Assembly (NCBI GenBank): GCA_002269645.1
Contig: NIVC01003273.1
Span: 43,825 to 107,824, forward strand
Length of the DNA stretch: 64,000 bases
From: Macrostomum lignano
Lineage: Eukaryota
Direction: 5' to 3'
The position numbers were made by a program, and so were the translations under genes. Shown here one piece after another: positions 39,302 through 51,952 of the stretch (position 1 is its first letter; every line of letters begins with the position of its first letter). The notes under the pieces were generated by a model. It searched no databases and had not been told where the DNA came from. It saw only the letters and a list, made by a program, of their open reading frames with translations.

Positions 39302-39960
39302 ATGGCGCAACCGCGTTTGATTGACGCCATTACAAAAGAACTAAAGCAGCAGATCACGCAGCATCTCGCCGTCCATCTAGATCAGCTCGTGGACCCAGCC
39401 GTCACAGTTGACAACATGCTGGTCGACGACAATGGAAAGAAATTATACTACGGTAAGAAATTAATAGTCCTTCATTTATGATCGCGCAAATATCCTATTG
39501 TTACTCTCAAACGCTCTTCAATCCTTAAAAAACACCTCTGCAGCCAATCGGTTTCGCCTTTACGTCCAACGTCGCTCGGACCAGGGTCATGGCCAGTAAG
39601 GATATATCAAGAACCAACGACTCCGGCCAACCTCAATGCACTTCTCCGCGAGATGGTGCGGGGGTGCTTCAGCGACGACGAGATTTTGGTAACGTCGTTG
39701 AGCGGTCGCGCTACTGAGCCTGGTCGGCCACGCCTGCTACCTGGCTGGGATCGACATCCCAACCAATGAAAGCGATTGAAAAGGCCTACGTCCGATGCTC
39801 CATCACCGTCAGTCGGCGTGAAAAGCAATCCGGACGTTTGCCTGTAAAGAAACTTCGTCAAGGTGCGGCTGCCAATGTCACTGACACTGTGCAGTCGGAG
39901 GCGGCTAATGCACTCGCGAGGACTGAGCGCGGGATATCTGCTGTTGCATCTAGCAAAACT
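39302..39960 (+). pseudogene. Frameshifted coding remnant with a BEN-domain-like segment
   Basis: GC-rich island with an ATG exon and GTAAG donor (39302-39451). Then NLNALLREMVRGCFSDDEILVTSLSGR..GRPRL, and after a frameshift MKAIEKAYV, which resembles the BEN helix pattern by eye. Confidence 0.4.
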
Positions 39961-40707
39961 AAACTTGTTTGGCAGATGCGGGACCCGTCTAGCTTAGTCT
40001 GTCTCCCTCATGTTTCTGGTTTTGTTTTCCCCTGGAAATATGCTCTTTCCCACATAAAGTAACCAACTACATTACTATAGTTACTTCCAGACTCGTAAAT
40101 TACAATAGCACCAGGAATCAGACTTGTTGTCTAACTAGAAAAGTATAGGGGAACAGAGGTATTGGAGTTGGTTTCACTAATTGCTTGTTTTTTATCTAGT
40201 TGTTTGTTTGTGCTTTTTAAATTAATACATTAGATGTATGCATGTTGTTACATTAAAATCCTGTGCCACGTGTAGTCGACTCAGTAGTTAATTTGTTACA
40301 TTGCATGTTTTAGTTTCAAATGTATTAGAAGTGTAAACTCTTTGGCTGGCACCACAATTTTCATGCACCGCGCTTTTTAATTACGTTGTTTTTTGTTTCC
40401 TGTCCAATGTCCGCTGTCTGTTATGTTTCTTTCCGTTAACTTCTAGTATGCATTTTTTAATTCCGCAGCCTCCCCTTTTTCCTGTTTTATACATATTTTT
40501 TGTCCTATTTGCTACTTCCCATTAAATATATACGTATTTATGCAACATCCCTTTTTCCAACTGTTTTAATCTGTTTATGTTCGCGCTCAACATTATTTTA
40601 AAGTTTAATTTACATTGACAACTCTTTTCAATTTGTCTTCCCTCATTTAAACATGAGAAGGACCTCTCGCAAATCTTAGCTACTTCATACACTTCATAAC
40701 TCGTAGT

Positions 40708-41550
40708 CAGTGTTGGGCACTTCCGTTACCGAGTAACTTGCAAATGGTAACGCAAGTTACTTTTTCGTAAAGCGTTCCTTACGCAAGTTACTTTTTTATT
40801 TTAGTAACGGAGTAACGGTAAGTTACTCAAATTTCGGAAGTCCGTTACAGTTACTTTGCAACAATCGCAATATTTAAATTTAAAACTGAAATGCTTAGCT
40901 ATTACGCCGGTTATCACATGTTTTTGCATTTTTCATTCCTAAATTCAAAATTAAGTGAATAGTATCATATGGTATTGTGCTTAAATTAATGAAGAAAAAC
41001 TTGAAACATGTTTTACTTTGTTATAATTTCGGTAAAATATTTTTGCCTTTCATTTTCAAGTTACTAAAAATTTTGAAGTTTGATTCAAACAAACAACCAA
41101 AGAAATAAATTCATCTGTAGCCTCCACAAGTCCTTCCACTGGCACTGCAGTACACTACACCATTTTATACAGTTCTATTTATTTTACTCTATTGAATTAT
41201 TGATATTAGTTTATTTTATCATTTATAATTTTAATTATTGATTGCCATTGCCCATTGGTCCTTCTACTTGCCTCACATCGTGTCGCCAATTCCTGTCTCT
41301 GTCTGTTAATCGGTTAATCTCAATGCCCAACGGCAAATTTTGGTAACAACAATGTGAAAAAATGTGCAATGTGAAAAAACAGAAAATTTTGTTAATAACA
41401 TGGGTAACGGAAGTGAGTAACGGATAGTAACTTAAAAGTTATCGGGTTTTTGTCTAAAGTTACTAGGCTAACGTAAGTTACTTTTTAAAAATTGGTAACT
41501 TAATTTACAGTAACGCAAGTTACTTTTTTTGAGTAACTTGCCCAACACTG
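40708..41550. mobile_element. Non-autonomous hAT transposon (843 bp)
   Basis: TIR CAGTGTTGGGCA..TGCCCAACACTG, perfect 8-bp TSD CTCGTAGT (40700-40707, 41551-41558), and clustered AGTAAC/GTTACT subterminal motifs. Confidence 0.93.
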
Positions 41551-42029
41551 CTCGTAGTTGACTAACGGGTCAACTATGACAGCATCAGATAGAACATTAT
41601 GCGCTTAGTTCAACTGCTTTAAACTGCAAATTCACTCGTCTGGAGAATTTACGCTAAATGGCACAGTACGCGCTAGTTTAACTGCTTCTAGCTGCACATT
41701 TACTCGTATGGTGCCAAATGGTACATTTATGGCACAGTTGTGCACAATTATAAGCACTCAAAAATAGCTGAGACAACTGGCACAGTTGTGGCACAGCAGT
41801 GCACAATTAAAATTTTGATTCTTAATTGTGTCACATGTGCCAATTGGCACAGCTTGGCACAGTTATATTTGTGCCAAGCTGTGCCACCAATTGTCGATTC
41901 TCACAAATTTCGTGTCGTTTCGACAGTTATTTTGGGATTCCCCCCAATTCATTTTTTATGTGCTATTTGACGCATTTAAAGAACAATTATTTCCGGTCGG
42001 GATAGCATCATGTATATTTTATCCTCTAA

Positions 42030-42225
42030 AAGTTATAGCCTAGTGGTTAAAGCATCAGTCTTATGATTGGAGGTCAGATGTTTGGTTATTGACCTACTTG
42101 GAGCAATTTGTGTTCTTAATCAAGCCACTTAATTCTGCATTACTTCAGTTCACCCAGCTGTAAAATGGGTGCCAGCTTTAGCTGGGGTAATTGAGGGTGT
42201 GTGTGGCGACCCCCAGTCATTGGAC
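42030..42225 (+). mobile_element. tRNA-derived SINE (degenerate copy)
   Basis: A-box TAGCCTAGTGGTTAAAGC. The body CAGTTCACCCAGCTGTAAAATGGG..AGCTGGGGTAATTGAGGGTGTGTGT is shared with the copy at 57617-57786. Confidence 0.8.
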
Positions 42226-42405
42226 TGAACAGCCATATGCAGCCTTCAGATGCGCCACGCAATAGCTGCATCTGAGCTGTCAGTAGCACATCGGGCCCAA
42301 TTTATGTACTTTATTTAACATAAGAATTTTAATTTAGAATTTAGTTGGCACCATTCTTTTCATTGCATGCCCCCTCTCACTTGTTATTTTTTAATTAATA
42401 TAAAA

Positions 42406-45400
42406 ATGACTCAAGAGGAGCAATGGGAGCGCATGTTCCCAGTTAATCATAAGACTGTCATTGTGATTGATCACAGTCAGTCATTCAGCATGTCTAGTAA
42501 CGAGATGATCAACTTGGACAATATCGGAGGCAGCAAGCATGCGGCCGCTGGTAATAGAATCCAATTATTCTCTAAAACATTATGGACTTGCGCCGTGGAG
42601 GCTGTGCTAGAGTATTGCCGGATTGTGCTCGACCTGTTCCCATGCGATGAGAAAGTTTTCTCATTAGTGTCAGCGGACGATGAGGCCAGGGTTCTAACAG
42701 CTTGGTTTAGCGAGGATCAGGTGAGTTAACCTGGACTTAGTAGGAGTTTAAAGCCTGCATTCCTGGCTTCGAGAGTCACAACCCTTAGTCATCAGATCCT
42801 AGTGTCAGTTCTGATAGTCACAACCCTCAGTCATCAGATCCCAGTGTCAGTACTGAGAAGAGTCACAACCCTCAGTCATCAGTTCCCAGTGTCAGTACTC
42901 AGAGTCACAACCCTCAGTCATCAGATCCCTATGTCAGGACTGAGAGTCACAACCCTCAGTCATCAGATCCCAGCATACATGCGCAACCTCCAAAATTCGG
43001 TCGGCCATGCGACTTAGTTTTAACAAAAATGCGACGTAGTTTTTGGCCAAAAATGCGACTTGCATGTAAAAAAACCCTAAAGCAAAATCAACGCAACTTT
43101 GGGTAAACGGCAGGAGTAACTATGACTGTCTTATTAATTAAAAATGCCTCGTCATCTACTTAGTACTACTAGTTTGGTATTTTTTGGGTGGGCATTTTTG
43201 CGACTTCCTTGATTGGCCGCCAAATCGGTCGGCCGGATCGGCCGACTCGGCCGACTGTTGCGCATGTATGGATCCCAGTGTCAGTACTGAGAGTCACAAC
43301 CCTCAGTCATCAGATCCCAGTGTCAGTACTGAGAGTCACAACCCTCAGTCATCAGATCCCAGTGTCAGTACTGAGAAAAGTCACATCTCTCAGTCATCAG
43401 ATCCCAGTGTGAGGATCAGACGATTTCTTCATCCTGGAACAATTCTAACAAAAATTTTCAGATCTACGACCAACTGTTAAAAGTGTTTCGCGACGAAGGT
43501 GCTCCTGTTGACAGTAGTCTCAGTCTAAACGGTGCCATATCCGAGTGCCTGACCATGCTGATGTATCTAACTACAAAACAGGCCGCTCTGCTAGACAAGC
43601 CAGATCAGCTCAGGAATCGAGCCCGTGTTGTATTCCTGACCCATTTTGATTCCGACGAGGCTGTAAACGATTTCGCGTTGAGCTTTGTTAAAGAGACAAA
43701 AACTCGAAATGCTTCAAAGTTGGCTAATAACTATTCGGAATTTCAGGTTTGCCCTATTTGATTTGTTTAAACTGGTTTTACATCGTAACCGTTGCTAAGA
43801 ATCGCACCTAAACTCCCTATGAATTTCCCCAAAACTCCTCCCTAATAATCACCCCTTAACTCCTCCCTAAGAATTTACTCTAAACTCGTCCCTAAGAATC
43901 GCCCCTAAACTCCCTCCTAAGAATCGCCCCCTAAATTCGTCCCTAAGAATCGCCCCTTCAGCTCTTGTACGGTAAATAGTATGTTATTTTGTATATTTGG
44001 ATTTTCTACTACTATTAGTAACAAGTCTCAATCATAATTTCACTGCAACCATTCACTCAGGTGCACCACTGTCACCTGGTGCTAGTGTGCGTCAGGCCGT
44101 TGGGCACAGAACCTCGAGTGACAGAACGGGACAGTGTCCGATTTGGCGATCTGCTCCGACTGTCAGTGCACAATTGTCAGGCTGGCGAGTCTCTGGCTCG
44201 CGGCCTTGTCAATTTAACTCGGCAGCATTATAATCTGGCTTCCACCTGCGTACAGGACATTCCAATGAAAGAGGAGACACCCGCGGCTGGTCAGCAGCAG
44301 TCTAATCGGAACTACGATGTAGAATTGTTGCACGAAGCGTCAGCGCATGCTGATTACGTTGCTATGGGCAGCTTCTCATCTATGGCTCTGGCTGGAGAGC
44401 ATCTTATCTTTCCGGAGAGTTTCGGGCTGAAATGGCTGACGCCAAAGAATCAGTCGGTTAGTTGATTCACTGTTCTAGAATATGGAGTTTGCTGATTATC
44501 ACTATGGGATTTCTGTGGATTTGTCACTGTGAGATTTCTGTGGATTTGTCACTGTGAGATTTCTGTGGATTTGTCACTGTGAGATTTCTGTGGATTTGTC
44601 ACTGTGAGATTTCTGTGGATTTGTCACTGTGAGATTTCTGTGGATTTGTCACTGTGAGATTTCTGTGGATTTGTCACTGTGAGATTTCTGTGGATTTGTC
44701 ACTGTGAGATTTCTGTGGATTTGTCACTGTGAGATTTCTGTGGATTTGTCACTGTGAGATTTCTGTGGATTTGTCACTGTGAGATTTCTGTGGATTTGTC
44801 ACTGAGATTTCTGTGGATTTGTAACTATGGGATTTCTGGGGATTTGTCACTATGGGATTTCTGTGGATTTGTCACTGTGAGATTTCTGTGGATTTGTCAC
44901 TATGGGATTTCTGTGGATTTGTCACTATGGGACTTCTGGGGATTCGTCACTATGAGATTTCTGTGGATTTGTCACTGTGAGATTTCTGTGGATTTGTCAC
45001 TCTGAGATTTCTGTGGATTTGTAACTATGGGATTTCTGTGGATTTGTCACTGTGAGATTTCTGTGGATTTGTCACTATGGGATTTCTGTGGATTTGTCAC
45101 TATGGGACTTCTGGGGATTTGTCACTATGGGATTTCTGTGGATTTGTCACTGTGAGATTTCTGTGAATTTGTCACTATGAGATTTCTGTGGATTTGTCAC
45201 TGTGAGATTTCTGTGGATTTGTCACTATGGGATTTCTGTGGATTTGTCACTATGGGATTTCTGTGGATTTGTCACTGTGAGATTTCTGTGGATTTGTCAC
45301 TATGGGATTTCTGTGGATTTGTCACTGTGAAATTTCTGTGGATTTGTCACTGTGGGATTTCTGTGGATTTGTCACTATGGGATTTCTGTGGATTTGTCAC

Positions 45401-48400
45401 TGTGAGATTTCTGTGGATTTGTCACTATGGGATTTCTGTGGATTTGTCACTGTGAGATTTCTGTGGATTTGTCACTATGAGATTTCTGTGGATTTGTCAC
45501 TGTGAGATTTCTGTGGATTTGTCACTGTGAGATTTCTGTGGATTTGTCACTATGGGATTTCTGTGGATTTGTCACTGTGAGATTTCTGTGGATTTGTCAC
45601 TGTGAGATTTCTGTGGATTTGTCACTGTGAAATTTCTGTGGATTTGTCACTGTGAGATTTCTGTGGATTTGTCACTGTGAGATTTCTGTGGATTTGTCAC
45701 TGTGAGATTTCTGTGGATTTGTCACTGTGAGATTTCTGTGGATTTGTAACTTTGGGATTTCTGTGGATTTGTCACTATGGGATTTCTGTGGATTTGTCAC
45801 TGTGAGATTTCTGTGGATTTGTCACTAAGATTTCTGTGGATTTGTAACTATGGGATTTCTGGGGATTTGTCACTATGGGATTTCTGTGGATTTGTCACTG
45901 TGAGATTTCTGTGGATTTGTCACTCTGAGATTTCTGTGGATTTGTAACTATGGGATTTCTGTGGATTTGTCACTGTGAGATTTCTGTGGATTTGTCACTA
46001 TGGGATTTCTGTGGATTTGTCACTATGGGACTTCTGGGGATTTGTCACTATGGGATTTCTGTGGATTTGTCACTATGGGACTTCTGGGGATTTGTCACTA
46101 TGGGACTTCTGGGGATTTGTCACTATGGGATTTCTGTGGATTTGTCACTATGGGATTTCTGTGGATTTGTCACTATGGGATTTCTGTGGATTTGTCACTA
46201 TGGGATTTCTGGGGATTTGTCACTATGGGATTTCTTTGGATTTGTCACTATGGGATTTCTTTGGATTTGTCACTGTGGGATTTCTGTGGATTTATCACTA
46301 TGGGATTTCTGTGGATTTGTCACTGTGAGATTTCTGTGAATTTGTCACTATGAGATTTCTGTGGATTTGTCACTGTGAGATTTCTGTGGATTTGTCACTG
46401 TGAGATTTCTGTGGATTTGTCACTATGGGATTTCTGTGGATTTGTCACTGTGAGATTTCTGTGGATTTGTCACTGTGAGATTTCTGTGGATTTGTCACTG
46501 TGAGATTTCTGTGGATTTGTCACTGTGAGATTTCTGTGGATTTGTCACTATGGGATTTCTGTGGATTTGTCACTGTGAGATTTCTGTGGATTTGTCACTG
46601 TGAGATTTCTGTGGATTTGTCACTGTGAGATTTCTGTGGATTTGTAACTTTGGGATTTCTGTGGATTTGTCACTATGGGATTTCTGTGGATTTGTCACTG
46701 TGAGATTTCTGTGGATTTGTCACTAAGATTTCTGTGGATTTGTAACTATGGGATTTCTGGGGATTTGTCACTATGGGATTTCTGTGGATTTGTCACTGTG
46801 AGATTTCTGTGGATTTGTCACTCTGAGATTTCTGTGGATTTGTAACTATGGGATTTCTGTGGATTTGTCACTGTGAGATTTCTGTGGATTTGTCACTATG
46901 GGATTTCTGTGGATTTGTCACTATGGGACTTCTGGGGATTTGTCACTATGGGATTTCTGTGGATTTGTCACTATGGGACTTCTGGGGATTTGTCACTATG
47001 GGACTTCTGGGGATTTGTCACTATGGGATTTCTGTGGATTTGTCACTATGGGATTTCTGTGGATTTGTCACTATGGGATTTCTGTGGATTTGTCACTATG
47101 GGATTTCTGGGGATTTGTCACTATGGGATTTCTTTGGATTTGTCACTATGGGATTTCTTTGGATTTGTCACTGTGGGATTTCTGTGGATTTGTCACTATG
47201 GGATTTCTGTGGATTTGTCACTGTGAGATTTCTGTGAATTTGTCACTATGAGATTTCTGTGGATTTGTCACTGTGAGATTTCTGTGGATTTGTCACTGTG
47301 AGATTTCTGTGGATTTGTCACTATGGGATTTCTGTGGATTTGTCACTGTGAGATTTCTGTGGATTTGTCACTGTGAGATTTCTGTGGATTTGTCACTGTG
47401 AGATTTCTGTGGATTTGTCACTGTGAGATTTCTGTGGATTTGTCACTGTGAGATTTCTGTGGATTTGTAACTATGGGATTTCTGGGGATTTGTCACTATG
47501 GGATTTCTGTGGATTTGTCACTGTGAGATTTCTGTGGATTTGTCACTCTGAGATTTCTGTGGATTTGTAACTATGGGATTTCTGTGGATTTGTCACTGTG
47601 AGATTTCTGTGGATTTGTCACTATGGGATTTCTGTGGATTTGTCACTATGGGACTTCTGGGGATTTGTCACTATGGGATTTCTGTGGATTTGTCACTATG
47701 GGACTTCTGGGGATTTGTCACTATGGGACTTCTGGGGATTTGTCACTATGGGATTTCTGTGGATTTGTCACTATGGGATTTCTGTGGATTTGTCACTATG
47801 GGATTTCTGTGGATTTGTCACTATGGGATTTCTGGGGATTTGTCACTATGGGATTTCTTTGGATTTGTCACTATGGGATTTCTTTGGATTTGTCACTGTG
47901 GGATTTCTGTGGATTTGTCACTATGGGATTTCTGTGGATTTGTCACTGTGAGATTTCTGTGAATTTGTCACTATGAGATTTCTGTGGATTTGTCACTGTG
48001 AGATTTCTGTGGATTTGTCACTGTGAGATTTCTGTGGATTTGTCACTATGGGATTTCTGTGGATTTGTCACTGTGAGATTTCTGTGGATTTGTCACTGTG
48101 AGATTTCTGTGGATTTGTCACTGTGAGATTTCTGTGGATTTGTCACTGTGAGATTTCTGTGGATTTGTCACTGTGAGATTTCTGTGGATTTGTCACTGTG
48201 AGATATCTGTGGATTTGTCACTGTGAGATTTCTGTGGATTTGTAACTTTGGGATTTCTGTGGATTTGTCACTATGGGATTTCTGTGGATTTGTCACTGTG
48301 AGATTTCTGTGGATTTGTCACTAAGATTTCTGTGGATTTGTAACTATGGGATTTCTGGGGATTTGTCACTATGGGATTTCTGTGGATTTGTCACTGTGAG

Positions 48401-50622
48401 ATTTCTGTGGATTTGTCACTATGGGACTTCTGGGGATTTGTCACTATGGGATTTCTGTGGATTTGTCACTGTGGGATTTCTGTGGATTTGTCACTATGGG
48501 ATTTCTGTGGATTTGTCACTATGGGATTTCTGGGGATTTGTCACTATGGGATTTCTTTGGATTTGTCACTGTGGGATTTCTGTGGATTTGTCACTATGGG
48601 ATTTCTGTGGATTTGTCACTATGGGATTTCTGTGGATTTGTCACTGTGGGATTTCTGTGGATTTGTCACTGTGGGATTTCTGTGGATTTGTCACTATGGG
48701 ATTTCTGGTGATTTGTCACTATGGGATTTCAAAGATGGCATTTCCCGACTCTGGAATTTGGGAGCTTAAAATGTCACTGACTCTGGGAATTGGGAGATCA
48801 AAATGTCACTGACACATAGGATTTGGGAGATCAAAATGTCACTGACACATAGGATTTGGGAGTTCAAAATGTCACTGACACAGGATTTGGCAGATAAAAG
48901 TGTCACTGACTCTGGGATTATTTCCAGGTGGACCTGTTGAACTGCGCCAGAGTTTGCCGGGTCACCGCGGCCGACGTGACCGCGCGTCACTCCGTGTGCC
49001 TGATCAACTTTCTCCGCGGCCCACCGAGCCGGTTTGTCATGCTGGAGTCCAAGCAACAGTCGCCCGGCGCTACTACTAATAGTAGCAGCAATACCCGTCG
49101 CGTCACCCACATGCTGGCTAGCCATGCTGGGGATATTTACCTGCACGTGCTGGAGCCGGGCAAGCCGCTTCTAGAAGAGCTGCCGCCGGCTGCCGAGTCC
49201 CGCTGCCTGCCCACGGCCGGCTGCCCTATCAAGCTGACAGACTATAGGACTAGCGATTTTCGCGACGTGATGAAGCGTAGTAGATTGTTTCCGGCTAGGG
49301 AGACTGGGGACTATCCCACCCTGCCCAGGGTGAGAGCTGTCCGACACCTGGAACGGAGCACTCTGTACTGGCCGTTGACTATCAACGATAGCGTTCTGCT
49401 GTCGGCTAGCAGTTCAGCCAAGTCGCTGCTCAGCCTATTAAGCGAAGAATCTCTTGACGATGAAGAGATTAAAGCGTGCGAGAATCTGGTGAAGAAGTTT
49501 CTTGATATGGAAGTTCGCGGCGAGCCTATCACTGTTAGCAATCGGAGTCTCAGATCGGCGAGGCGGGAGGATCTGTACCGGCTGCTGTTTATGGAATTGG
49601 ATTCCATGCTGTGCCGCTATGCACTGGTGTCCGATGGCCATGCCCAGGTCTGCGCGTGAATCCGCTTTGAGGCTGGTAGTGCCAACTATTGGCGGGTGCT
49701 AGGGTTGATTATTGCTGATTAAGAATGATTATTTGTGACGCGGCGCTCTGGTGCGCCAGCGGCCCAGGCTCGATTCCCAGTGCAGTCACATTAATTTGGA
49801 GAGTCTCGGCTTGGCTCTGATCGTGCAATTAACGGTCTTGAGGACCAACCCCCAAGGCACAGTGAAGTGTACATGCCTAACGATAAATAAAGTTAAGGCT
49901 GTTGCACACTCCTGTGTGAGTGCGTGCCTGTGCGTATGACTGCGTACGTATCCGCGCGCTTGTGTGCCTGCTCAGGGGAGTCGGCAGAATGGGCAGCAAT
50001 GCCTCTCGCCGGTTGTGTGACAATGTCGCTTAAAGTGTACACATCCACCAAGCTAGATTACTAATGCTTGTTAGTTATTAGAAATAATTATTAGTGAGTA
50101 TAATTAAAAGTACCTTTAACCACTAATCTGTCAGCAATATTGTACGTCAACTGACGCCCCTTGATTCGTCAGGTGCTCACTTATCTGCGAAGGTTTCGTC
50201 CGCCGGAGCCGCTAAGCTCGCAGCCCACTGGCCTGAATTTCCTAGACAATATCCGGCTGCAGCAGCTGGACTCTGACTCTCAGCAGCACCAGCTCAGTGT
50301 CACCGAACCAGTCAGTAAGCGGTCTCGGGTTGCTAGCGGCGCTGCTGCGCCACCACCTGCGCCAGTTCGATCTAATCAGTCTGTGCAAGACTGGTACGAG
50401 GACCGAGTACGTTCGGCCACTTCCGGTCGGCGGCCAGAATTTCACGGCCGCTTGGTCTGTCCGGCTGGCGAGATCTACCCGCTGTATCAGCATCTGGCTG
50501 CCGCTGCCGCAGCCAGCACTGACCTGCAGCAGCAGCAACAGCAGCAGCAACAACAGCATCCGCATCAGCAGAAGCACATTCGCAGCAAAGATCCCAGAAT
50601 TTCTCTTGGCGGAAAGGGCTAA
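42406..50622 (+). CDS. INTS13: Integrator complex subunit 13 (Asunder), ~721 aa; exons 42406-42720, 43462-43746, 44061-44456, 48928-49647, 50173-50622
   Basis: HKTVIVIDH, KTLWTCAVEAVLEYCRI, RNRARVV, IPMKEE..NYDVELLH, THMLASHAGDIYLHVL, DYRTSDF, LERSTLYWPLTI and EFHGRL..LYQHL match INTS13. All introns are phase 0 GT-AG. Confidence 0.93.
42974..43270. mobile_element. hAT-type MITE (297 bp) carrying a 28S rRNA-like fragment
   Basis: Perfect 14-bp TIR CATACATGCGCAAC/GTTGCGCATGTATG, perfect 8-bp TSD GATCCCAG (42966-42973, 43271-43278), and TGCGAC/CGGCC subterminal motifs. Confidence 0.9.
43101..43164 (+). other. 28S rRNA-derived fragment (R2/I-PpoI target region); not a functional rRNA gene
   Basis: GGGTAAACGGCAGGAGTAACTATGACTGTCTTATTAATTAAAAATGCCTCGTCATCTACTTAGT versus the conserved eukaryotic 28S sequence as recalled, GGGTAAACGGCGGGAGTAACTATGACTCTCTTAAGGTAGCCAAATGCCTCGTCATCTAATTAGT: 53/64 identical, ungapped. 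Confidence 0.9.
43795..43960. repeat. Degenerate ~23-bp repeat (CCCTAAGAATCGCCCCTAAACTC-like), INTS13 intron 2
   Basis: About 7 diverged units. Confidence 0.7.
44495..48915. repeat. 25-bp satellite (GGGATTTCTGTGGATTTGTCACTAT / GAGATTTCTGTGGATTTGTCACTGT)n with higher-order structure, ending in a few longer diverged units
   Basis: About 170 units filling almost all of INTS13 intron 3. Confidence 0.97.
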
Positions 50623-50659
50623 ATTAATTTCTTGGACCTTCTGTGTTATGCCATTTAGT

Positions 50660-51310
50660 AAGCCTAATTGAGCAGCTCAGTAGCCTAATTGAGCAACTTA
50701 TGTAGCCTAATTGAGCAGCTCAGTAGCCTAATTGAGCAGCTCAGTAGCCTAATTGAGCAGCTCAGTAGCCTAATTAAGCAGCTCAGTAGCCTAATTGAGT
50801 AGCTCAGTAGCCTAATTGAGCAGTTCAGTAGCCTAATTGAGCAACTCAGTAGCCTAATTGAGTAGCTCAGTAGCCTAATTGAGCAGCTCAGTAGCCTAAT
50901 TGAGTAGCTCAGTAGCCTAATTGAGCAGCTCAGTAGCCTAATTAAGCAGCTCAGTAGCCTAATTGAGCAGCTCAGTAGCCTAATTGAGTAGCTCAGTAGC
51001 CTAATTGAGCAACTCAGTAGCCTAATTGAGTAGCTCAGTAGCCTAATTGAGCAGCTCAGTAGCCTAATTGAGTAGCTCAGTAGCCTAATTGAGCAGCTCA
51101 GTAGCCTAATTGAGTAGCTCAGTAGCCTAATTGAGTAGCTCAGTAGCCTAATTGAGTAGCTCAGTAGCCTAATTGAGTAGCTCAGTAGCCTAATTGAGCA
51201 GCTCAGTAGCCTAATTGAGTAGCTCAGTAGCCTAATTGAGCAGCTCAGTAGCCTAATTGAGCAACTTGTGTAGCCTAATTGAGCAGCTCAGTAGCCTAAT
51301 TGAGCAACTT
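50660..51310. repeat. 21-bp minisatellite (AGTAGCCTAATTGAGCAGCTC)n just 3' of the INTS13 stop
   Basis: About 30 tandem units. Confidence 0.96.
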
Positions 51311-51580
51311 GTGTATTGTTATTTGCATTTTGTTGATTTTTCGCAGTTACAATTGTTCAGTTAAATATTATAATTCAATTGTCAATTACTATTTGTTATT
51401 ATTGCCAATCATTATCGTATAATTAGCTCGTTGTGAATGATGTCTTGTAAAGTATAAAATCTACGTTTAATGGCCTGGCCTATTGAGTTGCAATAATGGT
51501 CTTAATTTCATATTCTCTCTCTGCATTTTCCTGCTTATTTACTTTTTTGCTGTTAAGGATTTAGGATGAGTTTGTTTAAA

Positions 51581-51832
51581 CTGAGGTCTCTATCCTCTCC
51601 ATCTGAACTCATTGCTGATCACTGAGATCTCTATCCTCTCCATCTGAACTCATTGCTGATCACTGAGATCTCTATCCTCTCCATCTGAACTCATTGCTGA
51701 TCACTGAGGTCTCTATCCTCTCCATCTGAACTCATTGCTGATCACTGAGGTCTCTATCCTCTCCATCTGAACTCATTGCTGATCACTGAGGTCTCTATCC
51801 TCTCCATCTGAACTCATTGCTGATCACTGAGG
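51581..51832. repeat. 41-bp tandem repeat, 6 copies, upstream of RPL13A
   Basis: CTGAGGTCTCTATCCTCTCCATCTGAACTCATTGCTGATCA at 51581, 51622, 51663, 51704, 51745 and 51786. Confidence 0.95.
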
Positions 51833-51952
51833 CCTTCACTCTCCCTGAAGCTGTCAGTCAAGTATAGAAGATTTTCTGATATCCCAACCGATCTTTAAAT
51901 TAGCACAAAAAACCGGCAATTTCATGTCGCGAGGCCTCCAAGCCAATTAGTC

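Larger units (their letters stand above)
42770..43410. repeat. 42-bp minisatellite in INTS13 intron 1, interrupted by a MITE
   Basis: GAGAGTCACAACCCTCAGTCATCAGATCCCAGTGTCAGTACT units on both sides of 42974-43270. Confidence 0.93.

Noticed and set aside
43101-43164. Functional rRNA gene, or vector contamination (homing-endonuclease site plus PacI site)
   Set aside because: Only ~64-80 nt match 28S. The fragment sits inside a TSD-flanked element within a genomic satellite, with no vector backbone nearby.
42770-43410. Hammerhead-ribozyme-like CTGATGA followed by a CTGAG/CTCAG stem on the minus strand of the 42-bp repeat
   Set aside because: The required GAAA after stem II is absent (TACT instead) and no stems I/III were found.
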